NCBI GenBank assembly: GCA_002811645.1
Contig: PDIP01000056.1
Coordinates: forward strand, 62,001 to 126,000
From: Corallochytrium limacisporum Hawaii
Lineage: Eukaryota; Protista; Pluriformea
Reading direction: 5' to 3'
Length of the DNA: 64,000 nucleotides
Shown: piece by piece, positions 35,859 to 45,516 of the stretch
Layout: each line of letters starts with the position of its first letter
How positions within the stretch are numbered: position 1 is the stretch's first letter
Position numbers and translations under genes: made by a program
Notes under the pieces: model-generated
Told to the model about the DNA's origin: nothing
The model's input: only the letters and a program-made list of their open reading frames with translations
The model's database searches: none

Positions 35859-36821
35859 ATGCTAAGTACCTTGTCCTGGATGGTCAGAGCCGGTGCACGG
35901 CGGGCGAGACCTGTACCAGTCAGGAGCTTTTCAACAACGAAGTGTTTGACTGCAAGCCACATCTTGGTAGAGCCTCTGCAGTCAAAAATCAGCAGTGGTG
36001 AGATCACAGAGCGGCCAACTCCGGTTTTGTTTATTCCTGGTATGTTTGGGTCAGCAGCCCACTTTGAGAAGTATTTCCAGCACTACTTTGCCACCAAGGG
36101 GTACACATCAGTGGCTGTCGACATGGACTACACCTATAGATCCGGCAAGACTGACGAAGAATTCATAGACAGTTTGGTAGACCAGGTTGCATCAGTCGGG
36201 AGGAGTCAGATGGCCCCTCCTATCATTGTGGGCCATGGACTCGGTGGGTACGTGTGCCAGAAGTACTTGGAAAGCCACCCGGCGGCCGGTGTAGTGCTGC
36301 TTTCATCCTTCGCGCCGTCAACAGACGATGCTGTAGTCGAAAAGAAAACCCAGACGGCAATGAAACTTCATCAGGCTCTAGTGCGGGCGCAATCAAACTC
36401 GAATGACGCAGAAATTCGGGCCGACCTGCTTCATTCCATGTACAGGGAATTCGCGGAGGGAACTGTGGAGGATGCGGGCGTCCCCAGACTGTCTCAGCTG
36501 CACATGGAGAAATGGTTTGATCGAGACTTCATCCAGAAGGCCAATGTCCTGGATCCCATGACGGTCACCAAACTGTTGGCTGCGACTGGTCGTGTACCTT
36601 GCCTGTTTGAAGCAGACACGGGCGTACCGATGCTTTTAGTGGGAGCGAACAGCGATCCCATCACCACTTTGGTGGACACGGTGGACACCGCCCTTACATA
36701 CGGACTGGATCCCGATGACTGCGACGTCCTGGAAGGATCCCTGGATATCATCGTGAATCCGGACCTGTGGAAGAACTATGCCAAGCACATACTTTTCTGG
36801 GCTGGTAGTTACGGTCTGTGA
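35859..36821 (+). CDS. Alpha/beta hydrolase fold protein, probably mitochondrial, lacking the catalytic Ser
   Basis: Arg-rich, acid-free presequence ending RSFS; PVLFIPGMFG; IIVGHGLGG at the nucleophile elbow; PMLLVGANSD. Confidence 0.8.
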   Translation: MLSTLSWMVRAGARRARPVPVRSFSTTKCLTASHILVEPLQSKISSGEITERPTPVLFIPGMFGSAAHFEKYFQHYFATKGYTSVAVDMDYTYRSGKTDEEFIDSLVDQVASVGRSQMAPPIIVGHGLGGYVCQKYLESHPAAGVVLLSSFAPSTDDAVVEKKTQTAMKLHQALVRAQSNSNDAEIRADLLHSMYREFAEGTVEDAGVPRLSQLHMEKWFDRDFIQKANVLDPMTVTKLLAATGRVPCLFEADTGVPMLLVGANSDPITTLVDTVDTALTYGLDPDDCDVLEGSLDIIVNPDLWKNYAKHILFWAGSYGL

Positions 36822-37106
36822 TCGACATGCGGACAGAAAATTAATAAATATCGTACAGTGGCAGGAGCACAGGTTATAGTGTGCTCTCTGTCCCATCGCT
36901 GGTCCTTCTCCTGGCAGCACAGCCCTTCCCTCCCTTGCTCTGGCTGATACTTTTATAGCAAGTCTGTTTCTCCGGGCGCGTAGGGATGAAGCAAACTCTC
37001 AGACAATATCTTCCCGCCAAGGTATAAGTAACAATGTTTCGCACTCACAGCCGAAAGGATCGTAGGGCAGAATATGCAGTGGGGCTTTGCACGAACAGAG
37101 TCTGCG

Positions 37107-38486
37107 ATGGAACGGGGGACAATCACTGTTCAAGTTGGCCAGTGTGGCAATCAACTGGGCTTAGCACTGTTTGATCGCAGACACTCTGATCAGGGTACAC
37201 GGAACACATACAATTTCCGCACCAACAGGGATGGTAGACAGACGGCCAGGGCAATTCTGGTCGACACGGAAGAGAAAGTTGTAGACCAAGTGCTGACGAG
37301 TACACAAGACCACGGTTGGGGCTTCGATCCTACCAATGTCGTGCGCCAAAAGAGTGGTGCCGCCAACAATTGGGCTTACGGATATGCGTGCCTCGGTGCG
37401 CAAGTGGCGGAGTCGTGTTTAGAATGTGTGCGAAACGAGGCAGAAAAGCTGGACTACATTGATGGATTCCAGGTAATTATGGGCTTAGCTGGTGGCACGG
37501 GCTCGGGCGGAGGAACGTGTCTGAGTGAGGCTTTACGTGCTGAACACCCTCATTCGTTCATTCACCACCACAGCATCGGGCCATACAGGGGCGGAGAAAT
37601 CGTGTTGCAGTCCTATAATACCCTGCTGTCTTTGTCATCTCTGTACCCGGTAAGTGACGGTATATTTGTCTATGCGAACGATGCATTGCACGGCGCTGTG
37701 AAGGAGCTCCTACAGGCGCAGTCGGGAAGCACGAAGATCAGGAAGCCCTCCGGAGGCTTACAGCTTGATAGTAAGGGCAAAGTGACTTTTGATCACATTA
37801 ATTCTATGATTGCGAATAACATCGTCCTCTACGAGAGCACTTTTGATTCCACTACGAACGTACCTAGCGCATCAGCAGATATTGGCACACATCTCTGCCC
37901 TGTACCGGACTATAAGTTCCTGTCGTTGCGCAGCAATCCATACGCAGTAGACTCTACGGCAATGACTTTTTCTGCCACTCGCCCTGACATGGTGGTGAAG
38001 AACCTTTTCCGCATGCAGGCGTCGAACCGTTTGATTGATGCGAAGTTGGGTTCATCGGCAGCACACCCAGAAGGCAATGATCCACGGACGAATCGAATGG
38101 TTGCTGGTACAATCAGCCTGCGTGGCTCGGTGGTGCTGGAGGATGCTATCACCAATCAAATTCGACATAGCATTGCTGATCTGAATATGTGGCCCATGAA
38201 TGGATCCATCCTTGCTTTCCCAGTGTCGCGATATGTGCAAGTTAATGCCAGTCGGGTGTCATACAATGGCTGGAGTATGGCTGGCGCACTGGCCGCAAAC
38301 GACCAGAGCTGCCAAAGAGTACTCTTGGAACCCGTCCTAGACGACAGTTGGAGAATGTTTGAGAGAAGGGCATACATTCATCACTTTGAAAGATTCGGCG
38401 TCACACGGGATGACTTTTTGGGAAGCTTCGCCAGCATGGAACAGATTAGTAGCAACTACGCCGCCATGAGCCGACCACCATCATGA
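37107..38486 (+). CDS. TUBD1: Delta-tubulin
   Basis: TVQVGQCGNQLG, ARAILVDTEEKVV, SGAANNWAYGY, LAGGTGSG, GEIVLQSYNTLLSL, AYIHHFERFG. Alternative ATG at 37074. Confidence 0.9.
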   Translation: MERGTITVQVGQCGNQLGLALFDRRHSDQGTRNTYNFRTNRDGRQTARAILVDTEEKVVDQVLTSTQDHGWGFDPTNVVRQKSGAANNWAYGYACLGAQVAESCLECVRNEAEKLDYIDGFQVIMGLAGGTGSGGGTCLSEALRAEHPHSFIHHHSIGPYRGGEIVLQSYNTLLSLSSLYPVSDGIFVYANDALHGAVKELLQAQSGSTKIRKPSGGLQLDSKGKVTFDHINSMIANNIVLYESTFDSTTNVPSASADIGTHLCPVPDYKFLSLRSNPYAVDSTAMTFSATRPDMVVKNLFRMQASNRLIDAKLGSSAAHPEGNDPRTNRMVAGTISLRGSVVLEDAITNQIRHSIADLNMWPMNGSILAFPVSRYVQVNASRVSYNGWSMAGALAANDQSCQRVLLEPVLDDSWRMFERRAYIHHFERFGVTRDDFLGSFASMEQISSNYAAMSRPPS

Positions 38487-38598
38487 TGGACAGCAAAAGA
38501 AGTTCTTTCTGTATCATAAACCATTCTGCACAAATTCAATACAAATCACTCGTATTCTCATATATTCCAAACTGATTCTATATATTACATGTCGATGT

Positions 38599-39027
38599 TT
38601 ATCCCTGTGCGTCAACTTCCGTCATGCGATCTAGGACCGTCTGTTGCGATGTCTCCATGATTTCACCGGCAAGGAACATTTCGTCTAGTACTGTGTACGC
38701 TTTGTGGAAGTTGAAGACAAGGTCGAGTTCACAGACGTTTCCAAAGTATTTGTCAAAGGTCTCCACCAGGTTGTGGATGGCTTCCAGGTAGGCAAGACTG
38801 TTGTCCTCATTGTTCAAACACATGCAGAAGTATAGGCCCGCATACCGGCGGTATACCACCTTGTGGTCCCGGAATTCAACGAAATTTGTGTGCTTGGTGT
38901 CACGGACGGTAACAGTGACATGGAGTTCTTCAAGAAGCTTCAATTTTTCATCTTCGTCGTAGGGTACGTACCATCGGGCCAGGCGTGTCTTGCCCTGGCG
39001 GTTGTTCACTACCAGAAAGCGGATCAT
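38599..39027 (-). CDS. AP2S1: AP-2 complex sigma subunit
   Basis: 142 aa; MIRFLVVNNRQGKTRLARWY, HTNFVEFR, YRRYAGLYF, NVCELDLVFNF, DEMFLAGEI. Confidence 0.95.
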   Translation of the reverse strand: MIRFLVVNNRQGKTRLARWYVPYDEDEKLKLLEELHVTVTVRDTKHTNFVEFRDHKVVYRRYAGLYFCMCLNNEDNSLAYLEAIHNLVETFDKYFGNVCELDLVFNFHKAYTVLDEMFLAGEIMETSQQTVLDRMTEVDAQG

Positions 39028-40330
39028 GGTTGAGACCCTCGTTTCATTCTCCCTAAATTAACTTATGTATGCTTAGGAACTTTCACATATGCACATGCAA
39101 CATGACTCGATCAAGTACCTAAGTTTCGGGTCCGTGCACCCGCAGACCCTGCGTTGTTAAGGCTGTTTGTCGACCGCGTCACAAAACTCGAGCTTCGTTT
39201 AACGCCCAATGGGGGGGGTTGCCGACGTCCTCGCTAGGACGCAAGCACTGATGCTCCAGCCCAACTGGAAAACATACGCCAAGGATGAAGAGTCACAAAA
39301 ACTTCATATTCCTGTAGGGTTAACCGGCAGGAGGGGAAGCAAAAAGGAATAACTTTCGCAGACTTTGCTGCTAAAGGCTTCTTATTTTATATACGGAAAG
39401 CAACTCTTTCAAGTCTCACTAAAAACCTCTTATCTATATTGGCCCCCGCTGACTTACCGTATTGTATCGCTTTTCGCGCCGCGAAGATGGTGGGTGCATC
39501 TGTCTCAATATTGATCATGCGGAGAGATTTTTCTTCGTTCTAGGAGCCCTTGTGCATGCCCAAGTGGTTCTTCTCAGAACCCCCATTCCCGGAAAGCATT
39601 GCCGAAGTCGGAAGAATTGGACCACGACCAGCACACCCGGCGCTCCGGACTGCGCCGGCTCCTGTTTCGTCTCTAAAACTTTCTTCATATTGCTTCTTCC
39701 CCACAGAAACTGAGGTCCATCTCTGAGGGTTGCGTTGGAGTATTCAAGAGTCCATGGTCCTGTCTATCTCGGCTCGGGTGAGCGATATTAGAAAAAGAAA
39801 ATGCAGAGGCTGCTTTGCGATCGTGAGCCTCTATCGCCCCTATCGTCGCCGCCGTCAACAATAATAAGCCAGTAGGCCACCAACAGGCATGGGTGGTCTG
39901 GAGTCATCCCTAAAATTAGCCATAAAACTCGTACCAGTCTAGAGACTCCAGCCATTGAGAAGAGATAAGAGAGGCAAGGGTTGGGGAAGGGGGAAGTGCG
40001 CAAGTCCGAGGGGAAAGAGGGGGGAGGACGCACAGGAGCCGTCCAGCTGCGTGCCCAAGACGTGCACTACGTTGCAATCAGACGGGTTTCGGGCGTATAA
40101 ACATTTTTTTTATCATCCAAGAATATGTTTTTCCTAATCATAATATTAAATATTTTAACGTAATACCAATTTCCAAGGATATTCACAACTATTTGAGAGC
40201 AGAATAAACGAATCCACACGGTGCTTCTTTTAGAACAATGCGAACAACTGGTTATCACAGGCACACAGCACCGTCTTGTTTCCACAGTAATGATAGCCTC
40301 ATGTGAGAGAATCTCAAACTTGCAAAAAAA

Positions 40331-42877
40331 ATGCCTGTGAGAAAATCAGCACAGCCAAAAATACCGTTTGAGCTTGAAGTTCCGGTGTTTCGGCCAACCT
40401 GGCAAGAATTCAAGCATTTCAGTGAATATCTCAAATATGTGGATGAACATGGCGGTGGTAGGATCGGGCTGGCTAAAATTATTCCCCCGCCGGAATGGGT
40501 TCCCAGGCGCTCATATCGGGATTTCGATGCCGAAATTTATCAGCCCATTGAGCAGGATGTGAGTGGAAAGGACGGTCTCTACCAGGTTTTGAACTCTGCG
40601 AAGCGGAGCAAGAACCTATCGAAATTTGCACAAATTTCGAGGTCCACAGAGCACAGGCCTCCATCGAGCAATTATCACAATCGTAAGGATGCAGAAAGTA
40701 AGTATTGGAAAGCCATTCCTGTAGTGAAACCAATCTATGGCGCAGACACTCCGGGTTCATGCTTTGACACCGACCAAAAGGTCTGGAACATTAAGCTCGG
40801 CTTGGAAGGGTCCATACTTAACGAGCTGGACGGAGAGGTCACCGGTGTGACAACGTCATATCTGTACTTTGGTATGTGGAAGAGCACCTTTGCATGGCAC
40901 ACCGAGGACAAAGACCTGTACTCCATCAACTACATCCACTGGGGGGCAGGTAAATCGTGGTACGCCATACCTCCAGAATTTGGCTCTCGACTGGAGACGA
41001 TGGCCAAGGGCTTCTGGCCTGCAGACTTTAGGATTTGCCCCGAATTTATGCGCCACAAGAGCACATTGATCAGTCCTTCCATCATGCACGACTACAATAT
41101 TCCTTGGGTGGAGACCACCCAGGAAGCCGGTGAGATTATGATAACATTTCCCAGGGCCTATCATGCCGGCTTCAACCGCGGTCTAAACTGTGCAGAATCT
41201 ACTAACTTTGCCCTGGAACGTTGGATTGATATTGGGCTCAAAGCTAAAACCTGCAAGTGCCGAAAGGACACAGTGCGTATTGAAATGGATTACTTTGTGC
41301 GTAAGTACCGTCCACACCTGTTACCCCCAGATGAGGACAGCACCAGTGACGAGTCTCTAACCGATATTTCTGAAGCGGAGTTGCCGCAAAAGCCTAAGGG
41401 CAGGAAGCGCGGACGCCCCACCCTGACGGACGACAGGTCCGACGTTGAGGATGCCGAAGATGAAGAAGAGGAGGAGGACAGCGAGAGTGACATAGAGAAT
41501 GATACTGAGGAAGATCAGGCCTGGATGCGCATCCGCGCAGAGAAAGCTCTTTCCAACTACTACCGCCGTGAGCGTGAGATCAATCGACAACTATGTCAAC
41601 GGGTGGACAAGAACCGGATCCACAGCAACACAAACACCAGTAACCCTGCGCCGTCTTCAGCAGACAACACACCGAGAAGTATGACTGTGTGTGCCATTTG
41701 CATGCTTACTGATGTGTACACCTACCACGTCCCAATCTCGCCAGAGAAGGATGGCGACCGGTCCAAGAATGGCCAGACCTCGGCCGAGGCGACCACAGAG
41801 GAGGATGAGACAGCTTGCGGCATGATCCTGCAAATGTCCGAGGCAAGTGACCCAGCTGAAATGGCCACAAAAGTCGTCAACGAGACCTACCACCTCATCC
41901 GCTGTCCCAAGTGCGAAGTAGTGGTCCACCCAGACTGCTATCAATGGCAAGCGCCTGTGATTGCCAGCGACGAACCCACCGACGTGGCCCAGGAATGGCA
42001 GTGCGAGCGGTGCTACATCAGTCCGCGAAAAGCGCGCTGCACTCTTTGCCACGAACACGGTGGCGCTCTCAGGGCGACGACAGTGGAGAACAGCTGGGTG
42101 CACGTAAGTTGTGCACAGTCCATGCCCGAGCTATATGAGAAGTTGCCTGCCAATGAACCCATTGATCTAACCCTGGTTAACCGCAGCCGCTTTAATCTGA
42201 AGTGTGCGGCGTGTCTGAAGAGTGGTGATAAACGGGACGCTCTCCGTGGCGCCTGTGTGCAGTGCACGTACGGCAAGTGCAAGCGGGCTTATCACATTCC
42301 TTGTACACGAAAATTATATACTGTGCGGGATGCATACGGTGCAGTGTTGGAGGTCAGGTGCCCCAAACACCATCCTAGCATCGTCGGTCCAGGCAATGGC
42401 AGGGACGACGAGGCTGAAGCAACAGAGTCTAAGGGAGATCAGCCAATGTCAAAGAAGGCAAAGACGGAAGGATCTGGTGCACTTGTTTCTGCACCTGCGC
42501 AGGAGTCGTTCAAAATCGGTGACCTCGTGATGGCCAAATGGCACAATGGTGCCAAGTACCCCGCAAGAATCATCGACATTAAGGAGAAGAAATCCATCAT
42601 TTTTGAGATCACCAAGCGTCGCAAAACCAGGGAGGCACGGAAACCCGTTGCTTTCATCCGGTGCAATCTCACCAATGCTGATCGCCTGCGCGACCCGTTG
42701 GTCGGGGATCTCGTTGAAATGGCAAACGGTGATAAGGTCACGGTCATTTCCGTGCCGCAGTACAGCTCTTACGTTGTGCGCTATGATGGCGATGACAAGA
42801 TTGGAGCATGCCGAGAGGAAGACCTCTGGCTACAAGCCGACGCCGAAGACGGCCACAAACACAAGTTAGTCGCATGA
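40331..42877 (+). CDS. KDM4: KDM4/JMJD2 histone demethylase (JmjN-JmjC-PHD/PZP-Tudor)
   Basis: VFRPTWQEF (JmjN); YLYFGMWKSTFAWHTED...AYHAGFN (Fe ligands); PHD fingers; Tudor FKIGDLVMAKW. Confidence 0.95.
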   Translation: MPVRKSAQPKIPFELEVPVFRPTWQEFKHFSEYLKYVDEHGGGRIGLAKIIPPPEWVPRRSYRDFDAEIYQPIEQDVSGKDGLYQVLNSAKRSKNLSKFAQISRSTEHRPPSSNYHNRKDAESKYWKAIPVVKPIYGADTPGSCFDTDQKVWNIKLGLEGSILNELDGEVTGVTTSYLYFGMWKSTFAWHTEDKDLYSINYIHWGAGKSWYAIPPEFGSRLETMAKGFWPADFRICPEFMRHKSTLISPSIMHDYNIPWVETTQEAGEIMITFPRAYHAGFNRGLNCAESTNFALERWIDIGLKAKTCKCRKDTVRIEMDYFVRKYRPHLLPPDEDSTSDESLTDISEAELPQKPKGRKRGRPTLTDDRSDVEDAEDEEEEEDSESDIENDTEEDQAWMRIRAEKALSNYYRREREINRQLCQRVDKNRIHSNTNTSNPAPSSADNTPRSMTVCAICMLTDVYTYHVPISPEKDGDRSKNGQTSAEATTEEDETACGMILQMSEASDPAEMATKVVNETYHLIRCPKCEVVVHPDCYQWQAPVIASDEPTDVAQEWQCERCYISPRKARCTLCHEHGGALRATTVENSWVHVSCAQSMPELYEKLPANEPIDLTLVNRSRFNLKCAACLKSGDKRDALRGACVQCTYGKCKRAYHIPCTRKLYTVRDAYGAVLEVRCPKHHPSIVGPGNGRDDEAEATESKGDQPMSKKAKTEGSGALVSAPAQESFKIGDLVMAKWHNGAKYPARIIDIKEKKSIIFEITKRRKTREARKPVAFIRCNLTNADRLRDPLVGDLVEMANGDKVTVISVPQYSSYVVRYDGDDKIGACREEDLWLQADAEDGHKHKLVA

Positions 42878-43080
42878 ACAAAGAAGAACAAATATCCGAA
42901 GAAAGATATTCGACGACAGCGGGAAACGACAAAGCAATTTGGCAGAGTTGATAGATGAGCATGATCATTACAACTAAGTTGACAGTATGAGATATATATT
43001 ATGTGTTTGCTCCAAAATAGGCTCAATTGATTAAGAAAACGAATGAGAAAAGAGATTGATATATAAAAGCACCTCCTTCT

Positions 43081-44427
43081 CTAGAATCGGTCAGGCAGCA
43101 GAATCGGTGCCACCAGGGTCCAGCCGTACAGTGCCATCACACACCAGCTGCTCACAATCTTCACCCATGCAGCGGGCCAGCCACGGCCAATCTCAATATC
43201 CGTGTCTCCACCGCCGCTGATAGAGGCAAAGTTTGTGATCAGCATACTAATGTACAGAGCAGCCATGAGGAAGATTACATGGAAGAAAGAGTAGTTGTAG
43301 GCCACGGCCTCGCGCTCATCGTCCCAGACCTGCTGTCCGCCACGCTCTTCATCATCATCGTATCCAGCGCTTACACCAGTGTCCACCAGCAGCACGTCCG
43401 CCTCTTCGCTTCCGGCCATGCCAACGTTGTCAAAAGCACCGTCAGAGCCCGTCTTAAACGAAGAATATGCAATCGAAATGACCACAAAAACGGTACCCAT
43501 AGCTGCACTGGTGGCATGGGCGTAGCCAAGGAAGTTACCATCACTGCTGCAGTGCTCATCTGGTTCGTTGCTAACCGCACTCCATACCAAGTAGGTTGCG
43601 TACATGATCACGACTGCACTTTGAAGTAGACCACTACGTGGGTTCGCCTCTTGCACGGGGGGACTTATGGCTAGGGCGGAGACGCCGAGCGCCAATATTA
43701 GGTGAAGGGAAATGAACGTCTTATTTAAATTGCAGCCGTGGGTGTGGGTGAATCGCACAAACATATAAATAATCATGGTCAATGCGCCTGTGTACAGACC
43801 CACAGTGGTACCCAAAAGCAACCAAAACCAGCCCTGGCTCTCACTCTCCTCCATCATGTCGACCCAGTACTCGGACCAAGTGTGGGCGAAATCAACCAGC
43901 AGAATCAGCTGCAGGATAATGAAAAGAAAAGATCCAACGAGGGCAAGATAGCCGTACACAGTCATGAAGAACCAGTTAGGAATGAAGAAGGAAAGGACTG
44001 CAAACCCAGCAACACCAATGATCTTGAAGAGCCAGAAACCATTCTGGAAGCCCGCCCGGGGATCTCTTGAAGTTGTGACGCCCACCATTAGCAGGGACAT
44101 GGAGAGGAAGAACAGAACCATGGCAAAGCAGACCCTGAATACTCCAAGAATTCCAACATAGTTAGCAATACTGCAACCTTCGGATTCCTTGCAGTGTTCC
44201 TTGACCCAGTCACTCTCAACTCCGGGTATCATTTCGATTTTACCACTGACCCATTCCGTACGGCACAAAGCAGCAGCAGCAGACCCGCCCACCAAAAGAG
44301 CAGCGTAGCCAATGCGCGACGCTGTCGAGTTTTTGCATGACGGACAGGCCTTGCAGCAGCAACTACAAGCCGCCTGACCAATGCAACAGGCGGCATTGCT
44401 CGCCAAACAACCCACAATGCTTCCCAT
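43081..44427 (-). CDS. SERINC: Serine incorporator (SERINC/TMS1)
   Basis: Cys-rich MG N-terminus, RAGFQNGFW, LQLILLVDFAHTW, PRSGLLQS, YNYSFFH, WVKIVSSW, WTLVAP..LPDR. Confidence 0.97.
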   Translation of the reverse strand: MGSIVGCLASNAACCIGQAACSCCCKACPSCKNSTASRIGYAALLVGGSAAAALCRTEWVSGKIEMIPGVESDWVKEHCKESEGCSIANYVGILGVFRVCFAMVLFFLSMSLLMVGVTTSRDPRAGFQNGFWLFKIIGVAGFAVLSFFIPNWFFMTVYGYLALVGSFLFIILQLILLVDFAHTWSEYWVDMMEESESQGWFWLLLGTTVGLYTGALTMIIYMFVRFTHTHGCNLNKTFISLHLILALGVSALAISPPVQEANPRSGLLQSAVVIMYATYLVWSAVSNEPDEHCSSDGNFLGYAHATSAAMGTVFVVISIAYSSFKTGSDGAFDNVGMAGSEEADVLLVDTGVSAGYDDDEERGGQQVWDDEREAVAYNYSFFHVIFLMAALYISMLITNFASISGGGDTDIEIGRGWPAAWVKIVSSWCVMALYGWTLVAPILLPDRF

Positions 44428-45516
44428 GGTTTAAATATACCAGTTTAGTGTTCAGCCTGTTGGGGGGTTGGGTTACATGTCAACACAATTTTAGCTACAA
44501 TTGGCGCTTTTGATTGTGTTAAATACTTTGATGGTCACACTGTCCGTTATTTACTAGTACGGAAAGAATACACAAACCAGAACGATGGAATACGAACAGG
44601 GCCTCATTATTGGTACAAAATTTCCCTGTCCCACCCGCTTGCAGCCGAGACAGACGAAGGGGTTGGCTCATTCTCCGTCGCCCTGAATACTCCTGGTCTT
44701 CCCTGAGTAGCAAGCCCACCGTTTATCTCCACATATATACGCCCCCGTCCTTGCTCTCTCTCTCACTATTCGACGTTGCACCAGTACTCTCACTATAGAC
44801 AAACACGCCAGCGAATCCGCTGGGCTGAGGGCAGCGCCCCACCCCGGCTCATTATGCTTCCATCACCCTCGCTGTCCGTGTGTCCCGTGCTGCCTGCGAA
44901 AGGCCCTGCGTCGTAAGAGCAAAACTGTCTCCAGTTTTTGGAATTTCGCTGAACGGCCATCGGGAGGCAGACGGAAGCACACCCCGAAACGAAAAAGAGA
45001 GTCAGTGGGCAAGGGGCGACCTAGTCGGCTCAAGAGCGTTCCGGGCACACGTTCTTCGCGGCCCCCGCCGCTCTCGGACGACCGGTACCCGGGCGGGGAG
45101 AGTTGGTTGGTTTAGGGGTAGGGAAGGTTGCTGCGCACTGCCTTGGAGAGAAACTCTCCTCCCGCACTTCGAGCGGCAGACGCGCCAAGACCGGCCGGTG
45201 ATTTCAAGCGCCTGGCCACTTTGGGGAAAATGGAATGAGAGGGAGAAAGGGGGATCTCTATTGACAGTGAGATGATCAGAGGAGCCCATAGTTAACCAGG
45301 GTCATAGTCACCGTGGCCGTAATCATTATAACATTGCAAAGATACGCCTGCATGAAGCTATGATATGAGACTGGACTTCCTGATGTATTCATATATAGGT
45401 TTGCTTGCTATTGAACGTTGGGTGAGATGCCACATTCTGTTTTGTTGTCAACCATGATTCAGGTTGCGTTTGTTGTGTTTGTTCTTCATTGCTTTCAGAT
45501 AAACATCGTTATTGCC

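Noticed and set aside
44805-45250. GC-rich hairpin-forming region as SRP or another ncRNA
   Set aside because: No Alu/helix-8, Sm or A/B-box signature; position fits the SERINC promoter
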